In this document: positions 9,599 to 18,948 of the stretch, in pieces
How the letters are laid out: the number at the start of each line of letters is the position of its first letter
How positions within the stretch are numbered: the first letter of the stretch is position 1
Source of the DNA: Pseudomonadota bacterium
GTDB lineage: Bacteria; Pseudomonadota; Gammaproteobacteria; Burkholderiales; Rhodocyclaceae
Reading direction: 5' to 3'
DNA length: 64,000 nucleotides
Assembly: GCA_026399515.1 (NCBI GenBank)
Contig: JAPLQT010000121.1
Span: 54,938 to 118,937, forward strand
The notes under the pieces: generated by a model
What the model was told of the DNA's origin: nothing
Database searches by the model: none
The model's input: only the letters and a program-made list of their open reading frames with translations
Made by a program: the position numbers and the translations under genes

Positions 9599-10015
9599 AT
9601 GCGTTATCCGGCAAAATTTGCTTCCGCCAAGGAAGGCGGGTTCGTGGTCACATTTCGCGACATTCCCGAAGCCATCACCCAGGGCGACAGCCTGGAGGAG
9701 GCCACGGCGATGGCCGAGGATGTGCTGGTGTCGGCAATGGATTTCTATTTCGAGGATCGCCGCGCGGTGCCGTTGCCCTCCCTGCCCAAGCGCGGCGAGC
9801 GCTTGATCGAGCTGCCGCCCAGTGTGGCGGCCAAGGTGTTGCTGCTCAATGAACTGGTGCTTTCCGGGCTGTCGAATATCGAGCTGGCCCGCCGCATGGG
9901 CACACGGCCGCAGGAGGTGCAGCGCATCGTCGACCTGAATCACGCCACCAAGATCGATACCATCGCCGCCGCGCTGGCCGCGCTGGGCAAGCGGCTGGAT
10001 GTGCGGGTGGCCTAG
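9599..10015 (+). CDS. hicB: HicB-family antitoxin with C-terminal HTH
   Basis: 138-aa ORF. N-terminus YPAKF...GGFVVTFRDIPEAITQGDSLEEA (HicB fold) and C-terminus LSNIELARRMGTRPQEVQRIVD (HTH). It starts 10 nt after hicA. Confidence 0.8.
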   Translation: MRYPAKFASAKEGGFVVTFRDIPEAITQGDSLEEATAMAEDVLVSAMDFYFEDRRAVPLPSLPKRGERLIELPPSVAAKVLLLNELVLSGLSNIELARRMGTRPQEVQRIVDLNHATKIDTIAAALAALGKRLDVRVA

Positions 10016-10092
10016 CCGATCCGCCCAGTAGCTTAAAATACCCTTCTTTACTGTTTTGCTAACCTCGTAGAGCCGAGGCTCTTTCCGTCCCT

Positions 10093-13000
10093 ATGCCCGC
10101 CCGCCTGCGCGAAATCCCTTACAACTACACCTCGTTCTCCGACCGCGAGATCGTCATCCGCCTGCTCGGAGCCGAAGCCTGGGAGGTGCTCGACGAGTTG
10201 CGCGGCGAGCGCGTCACCGGGCGTTCGGCGCGGATGCTTTACGAAGTGCTCGGCGACATCTGGGTTGTGCAGCGCAATCCCTACCTGGAAGACGACCTGC
10301 TGGCCAATCGTGAGCGGCGCGAGGCGCTGGTCGGCGCCTTGCGCCACCGCCTGCATGAGATCGAGAAGCGCCGCCAGGGCAATCCGCTGGTGGAACAACT
10401 CATCAGTCGGACTCGCCTGGCGATCGATGCTTTCGAGCGCCGCTTCGCCGACATCGCCGCCAAGCGCCGCCGGGTGTTGCAGGTGCTGGCGAAACACACG
10501 CGCCGCGACAACATCGCCTTCGACGGCCTGGCACGGGTATCCCATGTTACCGATGCCACCGACTGGCGGGTCGAGTATCCGCTGGTGGTGCTCTATCCCG
10601 ATAGCGAAGCGGAAATGGGTCCACTGGTGCGCGGCTGCATCGAACTGGGACTGACCATTATTCCGCGCGGCGGCGGCACAGGCTATACCGGCGGCGCGGT
10701 GCCGCTGACGGCGGATTCAGTAGTGATCAACACCGAGAAGCTCATTGACCTAGGCGAAGTCACGCAGACGCAGTTGCCCGGCGTGGCGTTGCCCTATGCG
10801 ACGATACGTACCGGCGCCGGCGTGGTGACGCGGCGGGCGATGGAGGCCGCGGAAGACGCTGGCCTGGTATTCGCCTGCGATCCGACTTCGGCCGACGCCT
10901 CCTGCATCGGCGGTAACATCGCCATGAACGCCGGCGGCAAGAAGGCGGTGCTGTGGGGCACGGCGCTGGACAATCTGGCGTCGTGGAAGATGGTGATGCC
11001 GGACGGCAACTGGCTGGAAGTCGAGCGCATCGGCCACAACCTGGGCAAGATCCACGACCAGGAAACCGCCACCTTTCGCCTCAAACGCACCGACGATGCC
11101 GGGCGCCAACTGGGCGAGGAATTCCTGTCGATTCCGGGCAAGACCTTCCGCAAGGCCGGACTGGGCAAGGACGTCACCGACAAATTCCTTTCCGGCCTGC
11201 CAGGCGTGCAGAAGGAAGGCTGCGACGGCATCATCACTTCGGCGGTGTGGCTGCTGCACAAGATGCCGCCGGTGGTGCGCACCGTCTGCCTGGAATTCTT
11301 TGGCCAGGTGCGCGAGGCGGTGCCGAGCATCGTCGAGATCACTGACTATTTCAAGCCCGGCGGCGTGGGCGCGCGCAGCGGCGTGCTGCTGGCCGGACTG
11401 GAACATCTCGACGAGCGCTATGTGCGCGCCGTGGGCTACGCCACCAAAGCCAGAGGCGGGAGTGTTGGCAGAGGCCGACCCAAGATGGTCTTGATCGGCG
11501 ACATCGTCGGCAATGACGAAACCGCTGTGATGCGTGCCGCCTCAGAAGTGGTGCGCATTGCCAACCTGCGTTCGGGCGAGGGCTTCATCGCCGTCTCGGC
11601 GGAGGCCCGCAAGAAATTCTGGCTCGACCGCGCCCGCACCGCGGCCATCTCGCGCCACACCAACGCCTTCAAGGTCAATGAGGACGTGGTGATTCCCCGG
11701 CCGCGCATGGGCGATTATTGCGACGGCATCGAGCGCATCAACATCGAACTCTCCATCGCCAACAAGATCGAGTTGTGCAACGCGCTGGCCGAGTTCCTCG
11801 ACAGCCCGGCCAATGACTGGCCGCTGCACCTGGAAGACGCCTCGCTGGCCAAGCCGGAAATCATCGGCGACCGCCGCGCCCAGGCGCAGGAGGCGGTGCA
11901 CGGGGCGCGGGACCGTTGGCAGTTGCTGCTCGACAATCTCGACGCGCCCTGGCCTCCGCAGCGCCGCTGGCATCCGCTGCCGCCGCCCCTGCCGGCGCCC
12001 AGGCGCTGGCACCCGGTGCCGGTTGCCGCACCTACGGCGCCCACGGTGTTCCAGCGCCTGCAGGATTACTCGTTGCGGGTCTCCTGGAAGCGCGAGCTCA
12101 AGCCGCTGCTGGAAACCATCTTCGACGGCAACGCCTTCCGGCCGGTGCTGGCGCGCATCCAGGCGATCCACCGGGAAACGCTTCGCGGCCGGGTCTTCGT
12201 GGCCCTGCACATGCACGCCGGCGATGGCAACGTGCATACCAACATCCCGGTCAATTCCGATCGCTACACCATGCTGCAGACCGCCTACCGCACGGTGAGC
12301 CGCATCATGGCGCTGGCGCGGGGCTTGGGTGGAGTGATCTCCGGCGAGCATGGTATCGGCATCACCAAGCTGGAATATCTGTCCGCCGAGGAAATCCGGC
12401 CCTTCCGCGAGTACAAGCAGCGCATCGATCCCGAAGGGCGCTTCAACAAGGGCAAGCTGATGCATGGCGGCGATCTCGCCAACGCCTACACGCCGTCGTT
12501 CAGCCTGCTCGGTACCGAGTCGCTGATAATGGAACAGTCGGCCATCGGCGGCATCTCCGCCTCGGTCAAGGACTGCCTGCGCTGCGGCAAATGCAAGCCG
12601 GTGTGCTCGACCCATGTGCCGCGCGCCAACCTGCTCTACAGCCCGCGCAACAAGATCCTCGCCACCTCGCTGCTGATCGAGGCCTTCCTGTATGAGGAGC
12701 AGACGAGGCGCGGCGTTTCGCTGCAACACTTCGACGAATTCTCCGACGTCGCCGACCATTGCACGGTGTGCCACAAGTGCGCCAATCCTTGCCCGGTGGA
12801 CATCGACTTCGGCGATGTCTCGATCGCCATGCGCAACTTCCTCCGGGTGCAGGGCAAGAAGAAATTCAATCCCGGCACGGCGGCGGCCATGGCCTTCCTC
12901 AACGCCACCGACCCGGCGACGATCAAGCTGATCCGCGCCGGCATGATCCGCGTCGGCTATGCCGCGCAGCGTCTCGCCTACCGCGCAGCCAAGGCGCTGG

Positions 13001-13989
13001 GCCTGACCCGCGAGCTGCTCAGCCACCCGCCGGCCACGCTCGGCCGTCCGCCGCTCAAGGCTCAGGTGATCCACTTCCTCACCAAGCCGATGCCCGGCGG
13101 CTTGCCCAGCCGCACGGCGCGCGCCCTGCTGGACATCGAGGACGACAAGGTGGTGCCGGTGATCCGCGATGCGCGCAAGGTCGGCGAAGAGAATTACACC
13201 GGCGACGCGGTGTTCTACTTTCCCGGCTGCGGTTCGGAACGGCTGTTTTCGCAGGTCGGCCTGGCCACCCAGGCGCTGCTCTACCATGTCGGCGCGCAGA
13301 CGGTGCTGCCGCCGGGCTACCTGTGCTGCGGTTATCCGCAGACTTCCAGCGGCGACGATGCGACCGGCAGCCAGATCACCACCGACAACCGCGTGCTGTT
13401 CCATCGCGTCGCCAATACGCTGAACTATCTCGACATTAAGACGGTGATCGTCTCCTGCGGTACCTGCATGGACCAGTTGCTGAAATACCAGTTCGACAAG
13501 ATCTTCCCCAGCTGCCGCCTGCTCGACATCCACGAATACCTGCTGGAGAAAGGCATCAAGCTGGAGGGTGTGACTGGCACACGCTACATGTACCACGAGC
13601 CCTGCCACACGCCGATGAAAACCTACCAGGGTATCAAGGTGGTGAACGCGCTGATGGGATCGGCGGTGGAACTCAACGACCGCTGCTGTGGCGAATCCGG
13701 CACGCTGGCGGTGACGCGGCCGGACATCTCGACGCAGTTGCGTTTCCGCAAGCAGGAAGAGATGGAACGCGGCGCCGGGAAATTGCGCGCCGACGGGTTT
13801 GCTGGCCCGGTGAAAATCCTCACCTCCTGCCCGTCCTGCCTGCAAGGGCTGGCGCGCTACGACGACGACAGTGGCACCACGGCCGACTACATCGTGGTGG
13901 AGATGGCCAGGGCGATCCTCGGCCCGGAGTGGCTGCGGGACTTCGTCGCAACAGCCAACAACGGCGGCATCGAGAGGGTGTTGCTGTGA
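10093..13989 (+). CDS. DUF3683-GlcD-GlcF-type fusion: FAD-linked oxidase plus (Fe-S)/CCG-domain oxidoreductase
   Basis: 1298-aa ORF. The N-terminus [16 protein letters not shown] is the DUF3683-type start. FAD-binding block [33 protein letters not shown] and GEHGIGITK are GlcD-like. Two ferredoxin-type cysteine clusters ([23 protein letters not shown]) and C-terminal CCG repeats follow. Confidence 0.8.
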   Translation: MPARLREIPYNYTSFSDREIVIRLLGAEAWEVLDELRGERVTGRSARMLYEVLGDIWVVQRNPYLEDDLLANRERREALVGALRHRLHEIEKRRQGNPLVEQLISRTRLAIDAFERRFADIAAKRRRVLQVLAKHTRRDNIAFDGLARVSHVTDATDWRVEYPLVVLYPDSEAEMGPLVRGCIELGLTIIPRGGGTGYTGGAVPLTADSVVINTEKLIDLGEVTQTQLPGVALPYATIRTGAGVVTRRAMEAAEDAGLVFACDPTSADASCIGGNIAMNAGGKKAVLWGTALDNLASWKMVMPDGNWLEVERIGHNLGKIHDQETATFRLKRTDDAGRQLGEEFLSIPGKTFRKAGLGKDVTDKFLSGLPGVQKEGCDGIITSAVWLLHKMPPVVRTVCLEFFGQVREAVPSIVEITDYFKPGGVGARSGVLLAGLEHLDERYVRAVGYATKARGGSVGRGRPKMVLIGDIVGNDETAVMRAASEVVRIANLRSGEGFIAVSAEARKKFWLDRARTAAISRHTNAFKVNEDVVIPRPRMGDYCDGIERINIELSIANKIELCNALAEFLDSPANDWPLHLEDASLAKPEIIGDRRAQAQEAVHGARDRWQLLLDNLDAPWPPQRRWHPLPPPLPAPRRWHPVPVAAPTAPTVFQRLQDYSLRVSWKRELKPLLETIFDGNAFRPVLARIQAIHRETLRGRVFVALHMHAGDGNVHTNIPVNSDRYTMLQTAYRTVSRIMALARGLGGVISGEHGIGITKLEYLSAEEIRPFREYKQRIDPEGRFNKGKLMHGGDLANAYTPSFSLLGTESLIMEQSAIGGISASVKDCLRCGKCKPVCSTHVPRANLLYSPRNKILATSLLIEAFLYEEQTRRGVSLQHFDEFSDVADHCTVCHKCANPCPVDIDFGDVSIAMRNFLRVQGKKKFNPGTAAAMAFLNATDPATIKLIRAGMIRVGYAAQRLAYRAAKALGLTRELLSHPPATLGRPPLKAQVIHFLTKPMPGGLPSRTARALLDIEDDKVVPVIRDARKVGEENYTGDAVFYFPGCGSERLFSQVGLATQALLYHVGAQTVLPPGYLCCGYPQTSSGDDATGSQITTDNRVLFHRVANTLNYLDIKTVIVSCGTCMDQLLKYQFDKIFPSCRLLDIHEYLLEKGIKLEGVTGTRYMYHEPCHTPMKTYQGIKVVNALMGSAVELNDRCCGESGTLAVTRPDISTQLRFRKQEEMERGAGKLRADGFAGPVKILTSCPSCLQGLARYDDDSGTTADYIVVEMARAILGPEWLRDFVATANNGGIERVLL
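11962..12021. repeat. Imperfect 39-nt-period direct repeat encoding a Pro/Trp/Arg-rich insert
   Basis: cgccgctggcatccgctgccg (11962-11982) and aggcgctggcacccggtgccg (12001-12021). They encode RRWHPLP...RRWHPVP within [33 protein letters not shown]. Confidence 0.6.
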
Positions 13990-14014
13990 ACTGCCGCTAG
14001 CCATTCGACTGGCC
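13986..14014. repeat. Left copy of a 29-bp imperfect direct repeat (15-bp perfect core gctagccattcgact) bracketing the 14.0-16.3 kb islet
   Basis: gtgaactgccgctagccattcgactggcc overlaps the TGA stop of the 1298-aa gene. By my alignment 25 of 29 positions are identical to 16259-16287. Confidence 0.75.
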
Positions 14015-14225
14015 GGCCGTAGCATCGGAAATCGGTCCCGGGAATATGGCTTGACTGACCTGGATCAAAACATGTACGTCGCCGACGCGGCATCATTGGC
14101 CATCAGGTTTGTCAATCCAGTTGCCCCTATGGCTGAGAATATTGCGCCGGAATTTGCTGATCCGAGAATTGCCTGGAGCAAGTCCCGGTCGATTGGCATG
14201 TCGTAGGATCTTCCCCTGACGTCCC

Positions 14226-14621
14226 ATGGCATATCCCTTGATCTTTCTTGTTGCGTTACTTCTCACCGGGACGCTCTATGGCTGGTCGCGGCCATCCCGC
14301 GTCCAGATTGCCTTTCACCACCTGTTTGCCGGCCTCGCCAAAGGAATCTCATGGCTCGCGGTGATGATTCCGATTCTGATGATCGGCCCTATCGCGCTAA
14401 TGTCGATGCTCATCGTGTATGTGCTGATTCCGCTGATCGCCTGGACAGTGATCTTTGTGCTGGCACGAATCATCATTGCATCCATGAATCTCCTGCCCGA
14501 ATTGAATGGGCTGGCCGTCTGGCACGCCTTGCCCGAGTGGGCATGGCATGGATTGGGAACGGTGATCACGGGCGGACTGATCTATGCCGTTTGGAGTCGC
14601 CCTTTCGACAAGCAAACCTGA
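14226..14621 (+). CDS. Small hypothetical integral membrane protein (about 4 TM)
   Basis: 131-aa ORF with four hydrophobic segments and an ATG start. Its composition is visibly lower in GC than the flanking genes. No family recognised. Confidence 0.5.
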   Translation: MAYPLIFLVALLLTGTLYGWSRPSRVQIAFHHLFAGLAKGISWLAVMIPILMIGPIALMSMLIVYVLIPLIAWTVIFVLARIIIASMNLLPELNGLAVWHALPEWAWHGLGTVITGGLIYAVWSRPFDKQT

Positions 14622-14646
14622 CTATTTAACGAAATCACTCTAACCT

Positions 14647-16179
14647 ATGTCTCCCAGTCACAGCGGCGCCAAGTCGATCCTGTACGTACGATTACCCTGC
14701 TGGAAGATTTACCCGGGCGGCGTAATTTACGTTGCGGACTATGTCCACAAGCAACGCCCCGACATCAACCAGCATCTGCTCGACCTGGCGCTGGTCGCGC
14801 CAGACCAGCGCAAGCGCGTATTGCGAGACAGACTCCTTGAGCAGCGTCCGGATCTGGTCGCATTTTCCTGGCGCAACATGCAATCCTTCGGTCCTCATCC
14901 CGAGGACGACGCGCTCGACGTGGTGATGAAGTTCGACCATTCTCCCAATCTCTGGGAACGTCTCAAGTCGGTCAAGGATGCGGTGCGCATCATCGGTGAC
15001 TATGTTCTCAGCCGATTGCGCAATTTCGGCTACATGAAGATAGTGCGTCGCTTGCTCCCCGAGGCACGCATCGTCGTGGGCGGCACGGCGGTTTCGATAT
15101 TCGGCAAACATGTCGCGGCGAAGTGTCCGAACAATACCGTCGTGGTCATCGGCGAGGGAGAAGATGCCATGCTCGCCATTGTCGATGGATTGGAAAACCC
15201 GAAGGGCGAGTATTACTACAAGGATAGTCTCGGCACGATTACGCACCGCGCGCGCAGCGAGGATTTCGATCTGCGGCAGCTGACGGCCGTGGATTTCTCC
15301 TATGTGGAATCGATTTTTCCCGCGTTCCAAGAGTATCTCGGCGACGATATCGGGGTGCATACCAAGCGTGGTTGCCCGTTCCAGTGCCACTTCTGCCTCT
15401 ACAACAAGATCGAGGGCGCGCACCAACGTTACCGGGAGCCGGTGGAAATCGCCAAGGAGATCGAGGTTCTCAATAAGCGCTATGGCGTGAAGCGAATCTG
15501 GTTCACCGATGCCCAATTCTGTTCCACCCGACGCAGCATGGCGCATGTCGAACAGGTCTTGGACGAGATGCTGGCGAGGCAGACGCAAGTCAGCTGGTCC
15601 GGCTACCTGCGATTGAATCACCTGACACCCGCCATCGCCCGCAAGATGCTGGCTTCCGGCATGTGCAGCGTCGATCTGTCATTTACCGGCTCGCAGGAGG
15701 TGATCGATCAACTGACCCTGGGTTATTCCCTCGACCAACAGATGGAAGCCTTTCGCATGCTCAAGGCACAGGGCCACGACAAACAGAAGGTGAAGCTGTA
15801 TATACCGCTGAATGCCCCCGGCGAGACAGTCGAGACGCTGCGCAGGACCATCGCCAAGGTCAAGGAGATCTATGCGCTTTTCGGTCGCGATCAGGTGTTG
15901 CCGTTCATTTTTTTCATCGGCATCCAGCCAGGCACGCCGGTGGAAAAGCTGCTTATCGAACGCGGCTACCTGCCGCCGAACTACAACCCGCTGACACTGA
16001 ACCCGTTCACGATCAAGAAGCTGCTCTACAACCCGAAGCCGCTGGGAAAGCTGATCGGCCGCGCCTATCTCGAAGCTGTGGAGTCGCTCGATCCGTCCAG
16101 TGAATACGTCGGTCGATCGACACTGGATATCATCGAGCGCAATCTGCCGAGATCTTCGCCGGATCTTGTTTCCGCATAA
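14647..16179 (+). CDS. B12-binding-domain radical SAM protein
   Basis: 510-aa ORF. It has the radical SAM cluster motif HTKRGCPFQCHFCLY (CxxxCxxC) preceded by an N-terminal Rossmann-like B12-binding-type region (RIVVGGTAVS...VVVIGEGE). Substrate unknown. Confidence 0.75.
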   Translation: MSPSHSGAKSILYVRLPCWKIYPGGVIYVADYVHKQRPDINQHLLDLALVAPDQRKRVLRDRLLEQRPDLVAFSWRNMQSFGPHPEDDALDVVMKFDHSPNLWERLKSVKDAVRIIGDYVLSRLRNFGYMKIVRRLLPEARIVVGGTAVSIFGKHVAAKCPNNTVVVIGEGEDAMLAIVDGLENPKGEYYYKDSLGTITHRARSEDFDLRQLTAVDFSYVESIFPAFQEYLGDDIGVHTKRGCPFQCHFCLYNKIEGAHQRYREPVEIAKEIEVLNKRYGVKRIWFTDAQFCSTRRSMAHVEQVLDEMLARQTQVSWSGYLRLNHLTPAIARKMLASGMCSVDLSFTGSQEVIDQLTLGYSLDQQMEAFRMLKAQGHDKQKVKLYIPLNAPGETVETLRRTIAKVKEIYALFGRDQVLPFIFFIGIQPGTPVEKLLIERGYLPPNYNPLTLNPFTIKKLLYNPKPLGKLIGRAYLEAVESLDPSSEYVGRSTLDIIERNLPRSSPDLVSA

Positions 16180-16258
16180 CACTCTCTTGACTTGCCGGTG
16201 CCCGGACCGAATGACTCGGTACGGGCAACGAATGCCGGAAGAGGGAGAGAGTGCTCCG

Positions 16259-16287
16259 GTGAACGGCTGCTAGCCATTCGACTAGGC
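16259..16287. repeat. Right copy of the 29-bp imperfect direct repeat
   Basis: gtgaacggctgctagccattcgactaggc lies 36 nt downstream of the pyruvate kinase stop (convergent gene). Confidence 0.75.
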
Positions 16288-16322
16288 TGGCAAACGACGC
16301 CAGCCAAGTCGCTGGTTATGAT

Positions 16323-18212
16323 CTACTGCTGATCGCGCGGCTTGCGCAGGTCCGAGATGGAGAGCTTGCGCAGCATGGCGGTCTTCTTGTTGTGATGGGC
16401 TTCCATGCGGTTCAACACGTCGCAGAGGAATTCCATGGTCTGGAGTATGTACGGCCCCTTGTTCAGCATCACGCATTCCGCGCCGGTTCCCATGGCCGCG
16501 TCGGTGACCTCGGCGCGCGAGGGCATGCCGCCCTTGGCCAGGGATTCGAGCACCTGGGTGGCCCAGATCACCGGCACATGCGCGGCTTCGCACAGCCAGA
16601 GAATTTCCTCCTGGACTTCCGAGAGGCGTTCGAAACCGACCTCGACGCCCAGGTCGCCGCGCGCGACCATCACCGCCACCGGATAATGCCGCATGGCGCT
16701 GAGCAGCAGGCTGGGCAGGCGCTTGAAGGCCTCATGAGTCTCGATCTTCAGGACGATGCCGAGTTGCCCGGCTTGCAGCCGGTCCAGCGCGGCGATCAGT
16801 TCCTCGACGTCTTCCACCCGCTGGACGAAAGACATCGCCACCATGTCCGCATGCCGGACCGCGAACACCAGGTCTTCGCGATCCTTGACCGTCATCGCCG
16901 GCAGCTTGAGGTCGGAGTCGGGCAGGTTGATGCCCTTTTCCCCCAGTAGCTTGGCGGTTCCGCCTACGGCGCTGGAAATCTGCACCCGGATGCGGTTATA
17001 GGTGACGCCGAGGATTACTCCGGAGATCCTGCCGTCGTCGAAGAAGATTCTTTCGCCCTTGCGCACGTTGCGAAACACCTCGGTCAGCGAACAACCGATA
17101 AGCGCGTGCCTGGTCACCTTGCCGGCATCGTCGAGCAGCGCGGGCCGGCCGAGGATATTGCCCCTGGCGATTTCCAGGATGTCTCCTGGTTTAAGCGGAA
17201 TCGCCTGTTGCAGCGGAGGAAGATCGCCGATCTGCGCCTTGCCGACCGTTCGATCCTTGCGCCGGAGTTTGAGTTCGATGCCGGGTATCACGTAGGCGGC
17301 GCGATCGGCATGACAAACGCAAGCGTCAGGGCCGGCCTCGACCACCTCCAGCGAGCGAACTCTGCCGCGCGTGTCGGTCAGCACCATGCAATCGCCGACC
17401 CTGGCCTTGCCCAGCAGTTTCCCCTGAATCGGGATGGTAACGCCGACCGCTGCCGCCGCATCCGCGGGCGCTTCCCTGACGAAGCTGACGACGGCGGGCG
17501 CGATGACCTGGCCCAGCGCATTCCTGGCGGGGCGCCACTTGACGACGCACTCGCCGGTCTCGATGCCTCCGGTCCTGAGTTTCGGCCCCGCCAGGTCGAA
17601 GGAAATCCTGCACGACAGGCCGAGCTTCTTTTCGGCGAGGCGCAGGTGCTTGATCATCCGCGCCCAGACATCCGGGCTGTCGTGAGCACAGTTGATTCGC
17701 ATGATATTCATGCCCTGCGCCAGCAGGTCGGCGATGTAGGCGGGATCGCCGGCGGCCTCGCTCGGCATGGTGACCATCACCCGCGTCTTGCGATCCGCCG
17801 GCACCGGCCCCAGGATGGCGTCGGCGTGCGTCGCCAGGATGGCGTCGCCGCTGTCGAAAGTGATGGGCGGAGCCTGTTTCAAGTCCTCCGGCACCGGGCG
17901 CTTGCCGATCAGGCAAAGCGCCTGAGCGACATCGTTGAGGGAGGTCAGGACATGCGCCTCCATGCGCCCCAGGGAACTGAGTCCCAGCTTGCCCAGATCG
18001 CGTTGCAGGTTGCGGATATCGTTATGCCGCACGGCGAGGTAATGCATCAGGTTGCAGGCGCTGTTCCTCAGCGCCGGTGCGGTCCCCTGCAGGGTTTCGG
18101 CAAACTTTCCTTCCAGTTGCAGGGCTTCCTTGCGGAGTCGCTCGACTGCCCGTAAAGCCTGATCTATCTGGCTTGCACGATCGCTTTCAAGAGAGGGCTG
18201 TTTTTTTCCCAC
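16323..18212 (-). CDS. pyk: Pyruvate kinase, long form with about 150-aa N-terminal extension
   Basis: 629-aa ORF with MRINCAHD, MVARGDLGVEVG and VMLNKGPY blocks. GTG start, so the 5' end is uncertain. Confidence 0.8.
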   Translation of the reverse strand: MGKKQPSLESDRASQIDQALRAVERLRKEALQLEGKFAETLQGTAPALRNSACNLMHYLAVRHNDIRNLQRDLGKLGLSSLGRMEAHVLTSLNDVAQALCLIGKRPVPEDLKQAPPITFDSGDAILATHADAILGPVPADRKTRVMVTMPSEAAGDPAYIADLLAQGMNIMRINCAHDSPDVWARMIKHLRLAEKKLGLSCRISFDLAGPKLRTGGIETGECVVKWRPARNALGQVIAPAVVSFVREAPADAAAAVGVTIPIQGKLLGKARVGDCMVLTDTRGRVRSLEVVEAGPDACVCHADRAAYVIPGIELKLRRKDRTVGKAQIGDLPPLQQAIPLKPGDILEIARGNILGRPALLDDAGKVTRHALIGCSLTEVFRNVRKGERIFFDDGRISGVILGVTYNRIRVQISSAVGGTAKLLGEKGINLPDSDLKLPAMTVKDREDLVFAVRHADMVAMSFVQRVEDVEELIAALDRLQAGQLGIVLKIETHEAFKRLPSLLLSAMRHYPVAVMVARGDLGVEVGFERLSEVQEEILWLCEAAHVPVIWATQVLESLAKGGMPSRAEVTDAAMGTGAECVMLNKGPYILQTMEFLCDVLNRMEAHHNKKTAMLRKLSISDLRKPRDQQ

Positions 18213-18250
18213 GGTCTTCCCGACATGTCTTGCTAATCAATTTAGTATAG

Positions 18251-18878
18251 CTAGAAGGTTCCCGGGTAGGCGCCGCCATCCATCAGGAAATTGGCGCCGG
18301 TGACGAAGCCGGCCTGGACGCTGCACAGATAGGCGCAGGCCTGGCCGAATTCCAGTGGGTTGCCGATGCGGCCGGCCGGGATGGTCGCCACGCGTTCGGC
18401 CAGCGCCGCTTCGTAGGAAATTCCTTTGGCCTTAGCGGCACCGCCGACCACTGCCTGGATCCGGTCGGTATCGAAGAAGCCCGGCAGCAGGTTGTTGATG
18501 GTGACGTTGTGTTTGACGGTCTTGCGCGCCAAGCCGGCGACGAATCCGGTCAGACCGGAGCGCGCGCCGTTGGACAGCCCGAGCACGTCGATCGGCGCCT
18601 TCACCGCGCCCGAGGTGATATTCACGATGCGGCCGAACTTGCGGGCGATCATGCCGTCGATGGTGGCCTTGATCAGCTCGATCGGCGTCAGCATGTTGGC
18701 GTCGAGCGCCTTGATCCAGTCGTCGCGGGTCCAGTTGCGGAAATCGCCGGGCGGCGGGCCGCCGGCATTGTTCACCAGGATGTCCGGTTCCGGGCAGGCC
18801 TTCAGCGCAGCGTCGCGTCCCCAGTCCTTTGCTGGCGGCGCAGACCAATGCCTGCCTGCCTGTTATGCCCAGATCCAT
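18251..18878 (-). pseudogene. SDR-family oxidoreductase with an internal out-of-frame deletion
   Basis: The N-terminus MDLGITGRQALVCAASKGLG (frame of ORF 18432..18878) joins one nucleotide out of frame to RDAALKACPEPDILVNNAGGPPPGDF... (frame of ORF 18251..18775). The span is 628 nt, not a multiple of 3. The rest of the Rossmann beta2-beta3 region expected between the TGxxxGxG-type loop and NNAG is missing. Confidence 0.7.
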
Positions 18879-18948
18879 GCGTACTCCTTAAGAGATATTT
18901 AACAATGCCAGAGTATCATTGTAATTTGTTCGCTTCCCCGAGTCTTCA

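Noticed and set aside
11542-14025. Very long ORFs antisense to or overlapping real genes. Examples are 11542..14025(-) at 827 aa, 6842..8425(+), 26737..28365(+), 62467..63873(-), 18946..20073(-) and the first 1.8 kb of 21500..24049(+).
   Set aside because: Their translations are Arg/Ala/Gly/Pro-rich, low in complexity and free of motifs. They lie opposite genes with clear family signatures. This is the expected stop-codon-poor shadow-ORF artefact of high-GC DNA.
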